A stretch of 64,000 nt of DNA from Dicyema japonicum. Its lineage: Eukaryota > Animalia > Dicyemida. The position numbers and the translations under genes were made by a program. Shown here in pieces: positions 46,961 to 61,626 of the stretch (its first letter is position 1; each line of letters begins with the position of its first letter). The stretch lies in assembly GCA_011109175.1 (NCBI GenBank), contig RDEW01000077.1, positions 13,957 through 77,956 on the forward strand, in the 5' to 3' direction. The notes beneath the pieces were generated by a model. That model ran no database searches. It saw nothing but the letters and a program-made list of their open reading frames with translations, and was not told where the DNA came from.

Positions 46961-49900
46961 TAACAATTCAGAATATCTCATATTTTATAGGAATTATTAG
47001 TCAACAAGCATGTTTTTTACTGAAATTCGGAACTCATTGGAAGCTCTTTGAACATGTATTGAGAATGTACCTGAAAGTCCCAGCTAACATGGACATAAAA
47101 GATTTTTCTCCTACAACTCTCCTATTATCTCGGAAGTTCATGAATCGCCCGAACAACCTTCAATAGATTAGAGTGTCAATCATTCAACAATTCGAGTGTT
47201 TCTAATTGACTGTGCTTACTGATTAGAAATAAATATCTCGATGCATCAACATCAACCATTTAAGTTTAATGGTCTATTTCACATGTGTTTGGTTGCCATG
47301 GTGGATTATTGGCTTCAATGAGAATAACCATTTTTGAGAATATAAAATTCTCAGTTTAAGACTAGCTGCGAGATATCGGGACAGTTAAAGAACTTTATTG
47401 TTGAAGATCCTAATTAGAATTCTTACTTATCCTCAGGATTTAAAACTAACAAAGAATCTATGTGTTTGTAATGTAAAGGTTGGGGAATTTTGATGGGACA
47501 TAGTCTATACAACAATGGAGTTCTCTCTTGAAGTTTTAGATTTTGATTAAATTTAGTATTTTAGAAAGTTGTTGTATTTTAAAATTTCAGAAAAATTATG
47601 TCAAAGACATTATCCAGTAGAATATTTGTGTCAATTTCAAAGACTTTACAAAGAAGGAGAGTCCAATAGAAAAGTCCTTTGATATAGGAATTCTACATGT
47701 AACTCGCTATTTTGAATGGAATTGTATTTTCTTGTCTAAAACAAGGATTGTAAAATTACAACAAATTAAGAAAAAATAAAAAATCAGAAAAACCGAAAAA
47801 ATACAATTAAGAATTCTTCGCTTTAGATTTCTAAGAATAGACTTCGCTTTGTCTTTAATTTTTTGGCTGTGGTTTTCCAGAATATCCTTCTTATGGGCAG
47901 TTTCCTTTTCCATAAGCTCAATGAATTTGGAAGTGTCATCAAATATCATATTAGCATTTCTTGGACAGGTCTGAGTTGAATTCCATCTGGCACACATTGG
48001 GAAACTTAGTAATGTCTTCCTTACGAAGAACTAGCATTCTATGATCTCAAAATTTTTTAAATTTTGGGCCAACTGGATCGAACGTGGATCCTACGTATTT
48101 CATATTTTATTTTGTTCGGAACTTCATTAGAATATCTGGTGAGTTTTCGGCAAACCACGTGAAAATTATTTGCTAAAAATCTGAATCAAACGTCTTTGAA
48201 ATCTCCGCTAATTTTTTAGAATATATGCTGAGAAGGGAGCTGAATTAACTTTCCAGATTTTATCTCAATCGATGTGGAATTGATTCATGCACGTGGAGTT
48301 AACTTAATCCACTAGGATGAACCCAAATGTAAAAAAATCTCTTAGAAAAATGTCGCTATGAGCTCTGCTAGTATTTTAGTAAAGTGTATTATCCTGATGT
48401 CGTAGTTATGTAGGCTTAAAAATTTATTAAAAAAATCTCAAGTATTTTGGTAGTTGAAGAGGCAAGAGAGTGATACAAAGTTTTCAACGAAATCGAAAGT
48501 GCGATTGATTCACAACTCAGATGGATTTTTACAGCGCCCGAGAATGGCCATCATCTGCCACAATCCTCATTAAGCAATGTCATAGGACGTGACAAAGCAC
48601 ATGCAATAAGGAAAACCAAATTTTTGCCATGTCCCGTAGCCAGTCAAAGTCTTCCCCGTCCATGGTGCGTCTCTCTATTTCTTTAAGTTCTTCGTAAAAG
48701 ACGGTCGGTAGGTTTCTTCGTTCGACCACAGAAACTAAAACAAAGTAATCCTTCTTGGCTACGTTTGTGGATGTCCCCAGGTCCTTCCAAACTATATGTC
48801 CAAATAACCTCCATCTTGTCTCATATATGTTTTTGTTTCCAAATAAAGCAAATTCAAGTTCATTAATAATGTACCCTGGCTAATCATAATAACACCAGAG
48901 ACCACGGTTACACAAACTAACTAATCACGTGATCCCACCACGTTCTAGCAGGGACCTCAGATTTTTTAAAAAGACAATTTAAAATACTTTTCTAATTAAA
49001 TCATTAAAAACGGGTTTTAATTTACGGAAAACACAATTAAATCAAATTTACTAACTGCTTCTAAACCTTTTTCCTCTTGGAAGTGGAGTCTTTGACTTGA
49101 AACCCATTCGTTTTCAACTCACTCAGGTTACCTTGAACGTCATTGAACTAATCTGCTAATTCCACCAGGTGATTGTTTGTAGTGACAGAATCTTCCTCGA
49201 TAGTGTGCACCCCATATTTATACTCCACTAAAATGGTCTCCAACGTCTATTTGAGAAAAGCCGATTTAATGTATGTTCTAGTTGGTGCTTCGACTGCAAT
49301 GGCTCCAAAGTGAGATTTATAAGCCTCCAAACCAAGACACAACAAAGAAAAATAATTGGGATAACATTGTCTGCTCCAAAATTTTGGAAGACCTTAAAAA
49401 GAAACAAATCAACATCGTCTGGCTTGTTTGGTGTCAGCTTCAAATGGAGGGAGTAAAACATCGCTTGGTGGATTACTCTCCCGGTCGTTCTACAAAACGA
49501 TCTGAAAGCTGTGGAGAAAACATTGCCAGCATCTGGTGACGATCTGGATTTACTAGGGGACCTAGCAAAGAACAGAAGAGCTTGGAGCAACCTAGCTAAT
49601 TCTCTTATATTTTTTAGGAAAATCCTAAATTATATTCAAAAAAGTACAATTAGTCAAAAACATCCAGAGAAGCACCTCCTGACGGCACTTCCTTCAAATC
49701 AGTATGCGAAGTCTGCTGAAAGAGGCCAGGATCACCCGTTTTTGTCTAATCTATGTATGGCGCTAATTCTGGTTCAATAAATTCGAAGTGAATTCGAAAG
49801 ATGTCGGAGGCTGGGATCACTTAATTTAGCAAATTAATACCTTCTTTCTTGGTGCTCTTGGCGTTTTGAAATAAAATGTTAAATAAATTTAATCCCACTT

Positions 49901-51733
49901 GTTGCTAGGATTCAAAAATGAGGAAGACGCTTCAGCTTTCGAAGCTGAGATCAATACTAAGGTACCTTTTGTGCCGGAGCACATAACTTGTCACGGTCAT
50001 TCCTAAGGCTTCGGATTCAATAGTGCTAGTCTTCGGAGTCCCTGGACTTAGTAGATGATAATGTATTAATAATATTCATTGAAACAATGTATAATCACGA
50101 TGTAACGACATAACAATTTGGAATGCAAATAATACTAAAGAGCCAACAGAATATAAATAGGGACAAATCAAATAGTGAAAAATAATCCACATTTATAGGT
50201 TATAAAATATAAAATATATATTAGACATTTTGATAACAACCTTCAACACTATTTGATAAATCCAATAATATAATGTATGACAATACAGTAGAAAATAAAA
50301 CAAAGTAGACAAACAGCCAACCACAAGAAAGTGGCAAACGCATGCCAAATAATATATTAATGTAATTATAGGTTCGCCATATAGCAAAATTATTTTAATA
50401 ATAAAGATGTATTAAATTTATTTAAATTAGTCAAAATTTGATGTGTCTATGTCATTATCGTATTCTCAGCATGTCTATTCTACCCCGCCCGAAAAGTTTT
50501 GAATATTATGCCGTGTGACTCACCCTCATGTGAGATCGGTCACTTGAAGTTTTGGAAAAGAGTCGCAAACTCCCTATCCCACAACCAGATCGGAATCATT
50601 TAATTATACGATAAGTCTTATCCTCTTTTTTGATTTGGGGTGAATACATTAAATTAAATTCTACCACGCTTACGAGCCGATGAACTGTGGAGACGTGTGA
50701 GGAGGAAAGTTACATAGTGATAGCTAGTAGAACGGATTATGACGACAGTGCACAGCTAAAGCTCAAGTATTCATATACTTAGGGGGTAGATACCTCTCAT
50801 AATCGCGATCTCAATGTTCTTGAAAAGCTATTGCGCCATTCTAGTTTCACTTTTCCTCTTCCCTGTAGGCGGTCCGATTAACCATATAAGCCCAGACATA
50901 CTCGAGCCTAATAACGCCAGATGTCTAAACAGTGATCGGTTGGAAAAAAGAATCAGTCCACGATGCCGTGGTATTTCTTACTTTTCAAATTTCAGCAGTG
51001 CTGGCTGCAGAACCTACGTGCAAAAACTACGCGGACCTACCTAAGGATTTTTTGTTTGTTCCACTCACCGTTGAGACGTCTGGTTCCAATGCGTCGTCTA
51101 GGAAATCGGATTTCTACACGATCAGGAGATTCTCATGAGCGGTGCTAGTTAAATAAGCGAATCTCGTTCGCCATCTTAAGAGGGAATAGCCACGCACTCA
51201 ATGCAGCCGCTATATGACCATTTATTCTCTTTTCTTTCTCTAATAAAATTAATAATTTTAGTAAATTTGACCATTATGGAAATTTGAAATTTAGGTTATT
51301 ATTAGGTTTAACGAAATTTAATAGAAAGTTAAAATTTCTTTTCATGTGGCATATATTTGGTTGAGACAGCACAAGAAAGAAATCTTAATGAAAATATTGA
51401 ACTATTCATCTTTTACAATCTCCCAACAGCCGAGAACGGGGACTGTATGGACATAACTTAAGAACTACACATAAATAAAATTGAAACTATTTTTGCTAGA
51501 AAAACAAGGCAATTTAGATCATTTTGTTGAAAAAGTGAAGTTTTCAGTATATAGAGGAGGCCCGTCAGCAGGATGAAAATCTGGATACATCCCGGAGTTT
51601 AAATTGTGATTTACTAGAATAAAAATATCAAAGATCAGGTTTGGGCAGTTAGATGTAACGCCTTAGCAAATTTAATAGCTCCACCGTGTTTGAAAGTCAA
51701 CTTGAAAATGAGCAGAATCGGTCTGTCGTCAAC

Positions 51734-51900
51734 TTCAATCACAGACTAACCATCAATGATAATACTTGAAGCTTTTCCGGTCGGGCTCTTGGGTTCAATC
51801 ACAGACTAACCATCAATGATAATACTTGAAAGCTTTTCCGGTCGGCTCTTGGGTTCAATCACAGACTAACCATCAATGATAATACTTGAAGCTTTTCCGG
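51734..51900 (+). repeat. ~60-bp unit present 2.8 times (single in copy 1 at 34831-34891)
   Basis: TCGGGCTCTTGGGTTCAATCACAGACTAACCATCAATGATAATACTTGAAGCTTTTCCGG repeated. Confidence 0.95.
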
Positions 51901-54900
51901 TCCTAGACTTCCAGTGAGCATCGAAGATATGTGACCTCCGTGAGCAGACGTACAGCATTAGCAGCTGGAAGACTGAGGACGGCAAGCCTCCTACAGGATA
52001 GGGAGGTCGGGGCTAGTAACTAATGAAACTGGAAATGACATTGTATAACTTCTCCAAAATCAAACAGAAGCTATTTTTACTGTCGAGGAGATGGTATGTC
52101 TCTAAGGTTATCTAAACCTCCATATGTGAGATAAAAATTAAATAACAATAGGAGGTGAAAAAAATGGTGTTGAATTTACAAAAGCAATTAAAAAAGGTTT
52201 AACCAAAGCCAGATGTCACCAATGTTTCTTGAATCAATGGAGACGCTTGTCATAGCGATTCTTAAAATGTGGACGCAGAATCGACCATCGTATGTTGGAG
52301 TGAATATTCGCTAGGGTTCAGCGCTCAGCCCCCTGTTATTCAACATTCTCATGGCTATGATGCCAGAATAAAAATTTTTAAGGATTACGCAAAAATCTCG
52401 TATGTGTCCAGCCATGGAAATAGTCGACAACAGGAAATAGCGTGTCTCCAAGGGTTTGACAATCTCAGCAAAAAACTAATCCTCTGCTGATCTCTAACAT
52501 TCGTAGATTCAATCGACATGCTGCGACTTGAGGAACTCAATAGATGCCGTACACTTACACTACCTAGGAGAGTTAATTTGAAGAAAAGGGACTTTATGGA
52601 AGACATAGTTTTAGAAAAAGAGGGTCTTCCAAGCACATCTATGTCTGTAAAAGTTAAAAAATTGGATGAGATTTTTATGTCCCTTCGACAAGTTGTCCTG
52701 CACTTTCCTGCACTTTTTTACGTGACACCAATATATTTGCATACACATTAACTGGGCGGCGCAGTTGTAATGAGTGCCGGGAAAAATGACTGATGGCCCT
52801 TAGTTCGAACCTTGCGAATGAAAGTTCAACGCATCTACGATGCTTTGGATTGACGAGTGACGCCTTATTAATAAACATCTCACTGCAGAACAGGATAGTT
52901 TAACAAAAAAGACCACAACCAACAAAAAGAATAAAGAAGTGAAGAGCATTCCTTGGTTTTCCCTCGTTGATTAGTCTGATAATTCTTCTTTACTTAAATA
53001 AAGTGTGTGTTTCTGCCTGGGAAAGATATAGCTACTATAGCTCTTCGTAAAATGCAGTATTATTATATACATTAATTATTTTCATTTGTTTTCTGCTAGT
53101 CCATAATTTGATTACGCAATCATTGTCCTATTTATGCATTTTCAGGCTTTGAGGAATGTCAAATCCAATGCCATAATAGTTTAACTCAGGTTGGTTTTAG
53201 TACAATAAATTTGTACTCACATAATCCTCAACAAGCTTAGTTCGAGACTTTTGGAGAGAAGCACTTTATAGTTAATAATGACTTTTTCCATTTTAGAATA
53301 GAGACTCCTTATAGTCGTTTTTATGACTGAAATTAAATGTAATTAGCAAAAAGTTTTTTAGTCATTATCATTTTTTAAACAGGGAATATTATTTTTTTCT
53401 AAATAAAATATTTTTAAAACATTAATTTTAATCAACAAATAAATTAATTTAGACAATAATTAGGACGACAGAATGGCGAAGGCGTTACCCATTTCTAGCC
53501 TCTGCCTCAACCAGAGTCCCTCCCGTGACTCGCACCTTTTTGAGGCGAGTTTGCTTCCAATACTGTAGAGAAAAATGTCCGTTTTCGCGACTTAGTTCCA
53601 GTTGTCTCCACAGCAATGGGGGCGAAATGGTAATGGTCTCCGAGTGGATCTTCTTGACTTCCGCCTGGTCAGATGCGTCTCCAGGAGAGTGCATCGCCGT
53701 CAGCAATCTGGCTCCTGGGAAGGTGTCCACTCACGTTGCGTCCCAGACAAGTGATTTTCTGTGGGAGTATGGGAATAACGTAATTCCATCCTGCCTCTTC
53801 CCTTCGCCTCTGTCTAAGCCCAATGGTTCCAATTGGGCAGGAAATCCCGCAGCCTTGAGGGCTCAAAAATGATGTCATTGAGGGCTGCGTGGCGTGGGGC
53901 TCGACCAGCATTTCGTCGCCAAAAGAGTGATGTAAACCTTTCGTATCAACGTCCCCTCAGCAACGGCATTTGTGTCTCTGGCATATATCCAGTCCTAGGC
54001 GGAGTGCCACCCAGATCCTCAGGCTGTTTTCGTCAAGGAGGGTCCCCAGATGTGGGCACGGTAGGACCTCGAGTCAGACTCCATTTCCGCGATGTGCGAC
54101 GGACTTAATGCTTGCTAGTCGGTGTTGGTTGGCGCTTTCTGGTAATTTTTAATTAAGTATTTAAATTTTAATACAAAATTTTTATTGGTTAACCAAAAAG
54201 AAAATAAACTGAGAATTATTGAAACATTAAAAATGATTGTGCTATCGATAATTCTGTCATTATTTTTTTCATTTGAAGTTTGATTTAATTTTAATTTTTT
54301 TTAACAAAATTTTATGGTTTTATCATCAAATAAATAAAAATTAAATTAAGGCATCTGAATGGCCATGCTATTTCCCCTTAACAATCGCCAACGAGATACG
54401 TTCTCGGAACCAACCAGTCTCTCGCGGATCCTTGGTCACAGCTTGAATCATGGAGCCGATCTTACGAACCAACTCATCTGCTTGGGGCCAAGGATTCCTG
54501 ACGTTTTTACCGCGAATGGAAAAAAGATGCTCCTTCGAAATTCTCTGGTACTTCCTCCTCTTTCGTTCCTCAGTCTGCTTTGAAGCATGTCCTGGGTCTG
54601 AAGCAGAAGCAACCAAATTAGACGGGGAATAAGTATCAACACACGTTTCGTCCCAGATCAGGTTTCGTCCGTTGGCGAATGGAAAAGTCGTCACCCCATC
54701 AGGGCGTTTTCATCGTTTCGGGAAAGACCAGCAGGTTCTAATAGGCAATGGTGTCCAGCAGAGGTAAGGGAATTCTTTAATGTCATGTCAAGAAAGGAGT
54801 GCCTGGGGAAACGACCCGCACTCATCTTGCATGACAAGGGATGATAACCAAAAGGATCGATCCAACGTCCACAATTGGTAGCATGAATAAATTCATTGGA

Positions 54901-57900
54901 ATCCAAAGGTACACTTTTTATCTAATTTTGTTGAACGATGGATTAATTTTAAATAAGGCAGAATTTCTCGCAAATAATAAAAAAATAATTTTAATAAGGC
55001 AGTTACCTAATTCAAAAAATCTTATGTATTTTTGGATAAATTTAACAAAAAACGTAAATGAATCATCGCAAACAATTGCCAACTGTCTAAAACGTCTAAA
55101 ATAACAGAAAGTAATCACAGCTTAATAATTTAAACATAGCAGATGAAATCGTATCCAAAACGGATATTAATGAACCTATTGAGATATAAAAAAATTTATT
55201 AAAATTGATTATTCTAAAAAAGAGGCAATAGACCGAGAGGAAAAGACCATTCCCATTGAAGAACAAAAATAGTGTTTCGAATTACTTACTTAACTAAGAA
55301 CGCTGAGATAGTTTTAAATTAAGAGATATCGAAAAATATACCCTAGAAAACATTTAAAATGGCATGCTCATTACCTCAATAAGAAGATTTATGGAAAAAA
55401 TTAAAAATAATAAATAGAAGGAATTGTGAATTATTACTATTATTGAATCAGAAAACCACGTGATCCTGGCTTCCTTCAACAGTCTTCGCATCTTTTCTTT
55501 GTGTTCCGACTGCGTTCCTGCGCATTTCCAATATGGACGGGGTCGCATACTTAAGTCCTTAACAGAGACACTGTTCAAGTCGCCTCTATCATATTTTCTA
55601 GGTTTCTAGACAAGATTTCCACTCGGGAAATTTCCTTAGTAAGTTTGCTGCCTTCTTGAATGTTTCATATCTTGTCCAAATTCGTTGCAGAAAGGTTAGA
55701 TCCCCAGATATTACATGCGTATCCTATTGCCGCCTCGATGAAATGTTTGTATATGACATCCAGACCACTCAGATTTTTTTGTTTTTTAGGTTTTCCACGA
55801 ACGCCTTCAGGAAGTTGATATTCCTCGTACAAGTCAATAACAAATTTTCAATATGTTTGTAAAGTTAAAAGGTGTCAAGTGACTCCCAGGATTTTCTGGT
55901 ATTTGTTTTGTGGGATAATCTTCCCATACAGTGTAACGTCAATTGATCTTTCCCTACTTTTCTGTTTGTCGTGAATAGGGTCGACACTGACTTCTCCGAG
56001 CTAGCAGTCAATTGATTTTTCCTAAGCCATAAACTTAATTTATTCAGTTTGTCCTGTATTTTCTCGTTGCTTCCGCTAATTCAGATCCCTTGAGGCAATC
56101 ACTATATCATCAGGATACGTTAATAATAGTCATCGTCCCCTGAGGAGTGGCAAGTCATCATAAGGTTAACAAGAGGGGAGATAATGGGGAGCCCTGGGGT
56201 ACGCCATTTTCTAATAATCTCGATACGGAACATCGATTGCCGTAGTGTACTCGTCCTCGTCGACCACTTAAGAAATTTCCTAACCATAATTTCAGCTATA
56301 CGTCAAAGTTCGACGAATATATTTTGTGCGTGATAATCTTCCTCGAAACCAAGTCAAAAACCTTCTGGATATCAATTGAGCATACAATCGTCTTTTTCTG
56401 TCCTGGTCTTTTGTTAAGGTCATCTGTTATGAACTTCTTTAATGTATTTAGGTTGTGATAGTTGATTGTCCCTCTTTAAAACCATGCTGAAATCTGGCAT
56501 CTGGGAGGAATGTCGTGTGAGTTTCATAATCATCCTTTTTAAGATTCTTGTCTGGACGCACAAGAGCGACAAAGGCCTGCAAGAATCCAGGTCGTCTATT
56601 GGTTTCCCAGGCTTCAGTATTGGATAAATATTCGAAAGTTTCCATTTAGCGGGAATACAGTTGAAGTTGATTGAGTAGTTGAAGACGCATGTTCGGCTAA
56701 TACACCCACTGTGCCCATCTTTTTCAACAGAATAACGGGATCCCATCCCGTCCACAGGAGTGAATGTATTTTGTTCGATGATCTCCAAAGCGACATCTCC
56801 AGGTAGAACATACATTGTTGGGTGCCTCATTTTCGGTTTTTTATGTGGGGAATGTCCATCCTTTGGAATGGTTTGTGGCTTATTCTCACACAATGTTTGA
56901 TAAATTTATTCAGATCCACCTCCTGTTCATGATCTCCCTCGATTGTTTTCAGCATTTTTGACATTTCGCAGCATCCTCCACATCTTGGTAAGTGAACTAT
57001 TTTTTTCATAGCTCTAGAAACCAACTAGCCACATAGCACGACATGGGAGCACGGGGTCAAATATTTAACAAATTTTTTATTAAAGAAACTTTTAAAAAGT
57101 TTGTAATTTTTAAAATTAACTTTTTATTAATAAATTATTAATAAAACTTTTAGTTAAGAGATATACTATTAATACTCTCCGTATTTTCTCAAACTTTTCA
57201 TCTTCTCCCAATTCCTCGTCACTACAATTAAAATTAAAAACACGTGTTCTGTCTGGAGACGTTATCGTCAGGTCGTTTTTTCCGTGAGTGTCCTCAAGTT
57301 GAAGAGACTGAGTGGCATCCCAAGAATTCCCACTCTTTAGATTAGGACAATTAATTACTGAAGGGTCTGGAGGTCAACACCATAACGACTTTTTATCATA
57401 TCGTAAATGTCCTCTTTATTCTCGAATTCCTGAATGTCCTCAATTTCTAAGAATGTCTATAAAAAGATTTCAACCATTCAATTCACAAGGCAGGAGAATT
57501 CATTCTGTCATAAATTACCAGTGTTACCTGATGACATTCAATCGATAAGAAGAGTTCCTAAAGATCAGCCTCTCAACTACGGGATATGACTGGTCGCCAC
57601 CTTTGATGACTTGGACAGCATCTGTCCGACTTCTTTGCTTAGTCTTTCTCCCTCATCTTGGTATATTAACCGCCAAACTTTTGCTTCTTTTTTTCAATCG
57701 TGTGGGGGTTGAAGATATCTGTTTTTAGAAGTCTTTGGTAAGCATGCTCAAAACCTCCAATCTCGCTTTGGATCTATCAAAGCCCACACGTTTGTTCGTT
57801 ACACAAATGGCGTAGCAGACGTAGCTATGGAGGCTCTGAAGGTGAAAACACCATTTACCTCAAATAAGTGTTGATCACGACCAATTGATGAATATTGAGT

Positions 57901-60900
57901 CCTTTATAAAGATTATAGACCAGCCGGACTGCATGTGGTGGAGAGATTCGTATCCTCGTCCCAAAAGTAGAGAAAATAACTATGTCCGAGGATCTTTTCA
58001 GCCTTTTTCAATTTCTGGGTAAGATCTGCATCTCTTTTTTTCTTTGGCGCTAATATCACTGGTTAGAGTAAGTAACTTAATTTACATAAAGGACTGATCC
58101 AGACTGGTTTCCTTCTGTATCTTGAGGAAGAAGCAGTCAAAATAGTGGAGACAAGCTCTGTGAAATACGTAGAAATACTTGGACCTAAAACTATTTTGAT
58201 CTCCAACTCAGCTAGAGTCACAAAGTCGTTTATGATTGTAATAACGATCGCAAAAAGTCGCATTGCCACATCTAAGTAGTAAAACAACTGACCTTCTATC
58301 ATTTGAAGAGTCACAAAAGATTCTATAGACTTCTTGTTAACGCCACTGTTTTGGAGGTTGACTTGTTCTCGCTGCATGATCAATCTTTGTTATTATCTAA
58401 AATGAAACCTCGGAGAGCACGTCTTCTTTGAATTTAACCAACGCTCAATTTTCTCCGTCGAATTGTTTTCTCCCTAACTTGAATTATATTCCCAAACTGG
58501 TGAAATTCGATGTTTCAGTTTTATTCATTCCAATACCACTTTGTAGACATTTTTGGGTACAATATATTTTTGAATTTTATTGGTTACAATTTATTTTAAA
58601 TAAATATTTATTTTTAAATTAAAAATCTATATTATTTTATTGATGAAGTTTCTGTTTTGCTCGTCTGTTCCTCCTTCTCTTCCAACTAGAATGGCGTCAT
58701 GTGATGATGTGATCCACCGCCCAGTGCCAGGCCGGCACATAAAAGGATCATTTGCTTTCCCCCACTCCACTGGAGGTGTTTCCACAACTATGGACGTCTT
58801 TACTATTTATGCTGATTCCTGATGGACTCTGTTCTATAGAAGTGGAAACTGGATACACTTAATTAGTTTACTTTAACTTCTTCTCGGTGTATCCGGGCTT
58901 AATAAATTAAGTTCGTGAACAATACGAAAATAAATTACTTGTAGATTATATAATGAACACCAAATTTTGATTATAGGGTATTTGTGATTCCCTTTAACAC
59001 TTGGAATTTATGGGAGGGGAAAAATAACAATTTCATAGAAACAATTTGCCGTCATGTTATATAAATCATATAAACATTGTATGAATAAATTGACTTAAAA
59101 TTTAAAACGCATCTTTGAGGACAAACACTTAAATTTTGATCAGGTTAAGCCCAAAAAATTACTATTCCAAAGAAAAAAAATAGTCATGAATTAACATTTT
59201 GTTGAAATACTTAAAAAAGACTGCTAGATTTGAATTAACCTTAACAAAAATCTGTTATCAAAGTTATTCTGTTGAACTAAAAAATCCGATAACAGTGGAT
59301 GAAACCTCATTTTTAATGGCTTACTCGACACAAGAAAGTCATTATCAGACCCCGACAAATTATTATACGAAATTATTAAAATGTAGACCAACTGAGCCGG
59401 TTATATTCATCACAAAATTATTCCAATTGAATATCGTTTTAACACTATTTAAATAAATTAATTTTTTACCTCTTTGACTTGGGGACCAGTCTCTCGAGGT
59501 TTCTAACCTTGCTTCGATATTGCAAATACCATGTTTACCCCATTTTGGCTCACATAAAAATTGTCTTATACCTAAAAACTCGATAATGCAGAGAGATTTT
59601 ATTTACCCCGGTCCCTTCAAGCTAAAAAAACCGTTGGCTAACAAGGAAGTGAAGGAGAAACATAATGCGGGATATGACACGATATGCGTGTTATAATGTA
59701 GGTCACCCAGGGGCGTGCCTAGAGCGGGCCATAGGGGCAGCCGCACAGAACGATGTAGAAGGCAGCAGATCCAAGCTATAGAGTTCACGTTATTAAGCTA
59801 TATTCACATGGAAACGATTAATCGGATGCTGGCAATCTTGAACCCGTGGTTGATTTAAAAGGCATCAGAAATCAAATGAACACTGAAATCTCCACTGATG
59901 GTGATAATCAGAATGCAAATTTGTTGAAAAAGTGGATTCCAGGAGACGCTGATGATTTTATGTTTTTCTAACTTTGTGCATTGCATATCTTTATTACTCA
60001 CAGTTTACGACTCAATTGCTAGCTGTGAACATACTTTTTCAAAGTTAAAAAAATCAAACATATTTAAGGTCTTCGATGTCAAATCAGCTCTTGTCAAGTT
60101 TATCTTTAACATTGAAAAAAAATTCCTGACAAGCGAGGTGAAAGAAGCTGTGATACAGACTTTTGTGACCAGCAAAGTAGCGATTGAACATCGAAGTGAC
60201 TTTTAATAACTGCCGTGCCTCTCTAACTATTTTTGGTTGAGGTGGTGACGTGACTCCTAGCTATGTCTCAAACATGTTTTATTCGATTGCCTTTTACTGT
60301 CGCTTCATTTAATGTTAGAGAACTATCAGCGAGCTCGAAACGGAACACCGTGTGCGATAACAGACCTGATGTATGCTATCTTTAAGAGAAAAAATTGCAG
60401 GAGGACACGATGAAGTTTATGGAAAATACCAGCTAATGTTACTGCCATCTGAATGCCGACACTGATTTGCCGTCCGAGTTTTGTTGAGAAAACGAGAGTT
60501 CTAATGTGGAGTGTTCATGATCGTATTTCGATTTCTTCAGATCAAACTATAACTGACACGGAATAAACTGGTTAACTATTATCAACGTATATGCACTCCA
60601 TATCGGGAGAGTATAGGTCACCTCTGATGAGTTGGACGAATTTTATGAAAGCCTTTTGAAAGTATGCACCGAAATGGACAAAACAACAATCGTGTTCCGG
60701 AGACTGGATGCCAAAGAAGCTTTAAGAAAGACCACGAAATATGTATTGGAAGGCACGGATGAGGGTATCGAAACTTTTACGGAGAGTCCCTAATTGAGTT
60801 CTGCTGGAATTTGGTCTTTATCTTGCAATACGACATTTCAACATAGCAAGGCATAAGAAGACATGGATGGCCACAGAAAAACTGAGACGGGCGAGAGATT

Positions 60901-61527
60901 ACAATATACAATCAAAAAGATTATATATTATGTCAGAATGCACATAAAAACTTGCTCGTGGACTCACGGTCATATGGAGGAGCTGTAACGAATAGTGATC
61001 ATAAATAACGGTGGCTCAGATGTGCATACGGAAACTATTTGGTAACATTGCCCAGAACAATCGAGTTGAAGGTAGCATTAAATCAACTATTAACAATTCA
61101 ACCTTCTCTCTCATCTACATGAAAAGTAGATTTATTGGATCAATGGTTCACGACTGTAAACTTAAATGGAGGCTAATCAAATTCTGATTGGATTTAATAG
61201 TAAACGATCCATAAATTTAGTCCCCAAAAGAATCCCCTACTTAATCTAGAATTGCTGGACCAATCTGTCAAGAATTTTTCAAAAATACAAAAAAATAAAT
61301 ATATTTGTTATCATGTAAAAACCACCTGTTCATTAAGACAAATTAAAACCAAGCTCATGTATCCTACTAGAAGAGTGGATGACGAAGGCACAAGAATTGG
61401 ACTTTAAGTCTGCCTCAGAATGGATGTTTGCGCAATCCATTTAGATGTGGAGAAATGGTAGACGTGTAAGGTCTTCTGTTGTGTTTATTAATTAATTGAA
61501 TTATTCCGCAAAAAATGAAATTCAAAG

Positions 61528-61626
61528 AAAAAGTGGAACGCTTCACGATTATGCGTGTCATCCTTGCGCAGGGGCCATGCTAATCTTCTCTGTATCGTTA
61601 CAATTTTATTATATGTCCCGTAGGAC
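61528..61626 (-). ncRNA. U6: U6 snRNA copy 2 (one substitution)
   Basis: Identical to copy 1 except TTGGAACG>TTGTAACG (position 61600). TATA retained at 61645-61654. Confidence 0.93.

Larger units (their letters stand above)
29045..47702 (+). repeat. Segmental duplication, copy 1 (~18.7 kb)
   Basis: Collinear with 47703-64000 (e.g. 29081 vs 47758, 36601 vs 53635, 44598 vs 61528, 47080 vs 63988). Confidence 0.95.

Noticed and set aside
51734-51900. Repeat array as CRISPR
   Set aside because: No unique spacers, no cas genes, eukaryotic context. It is a tandem triplication.
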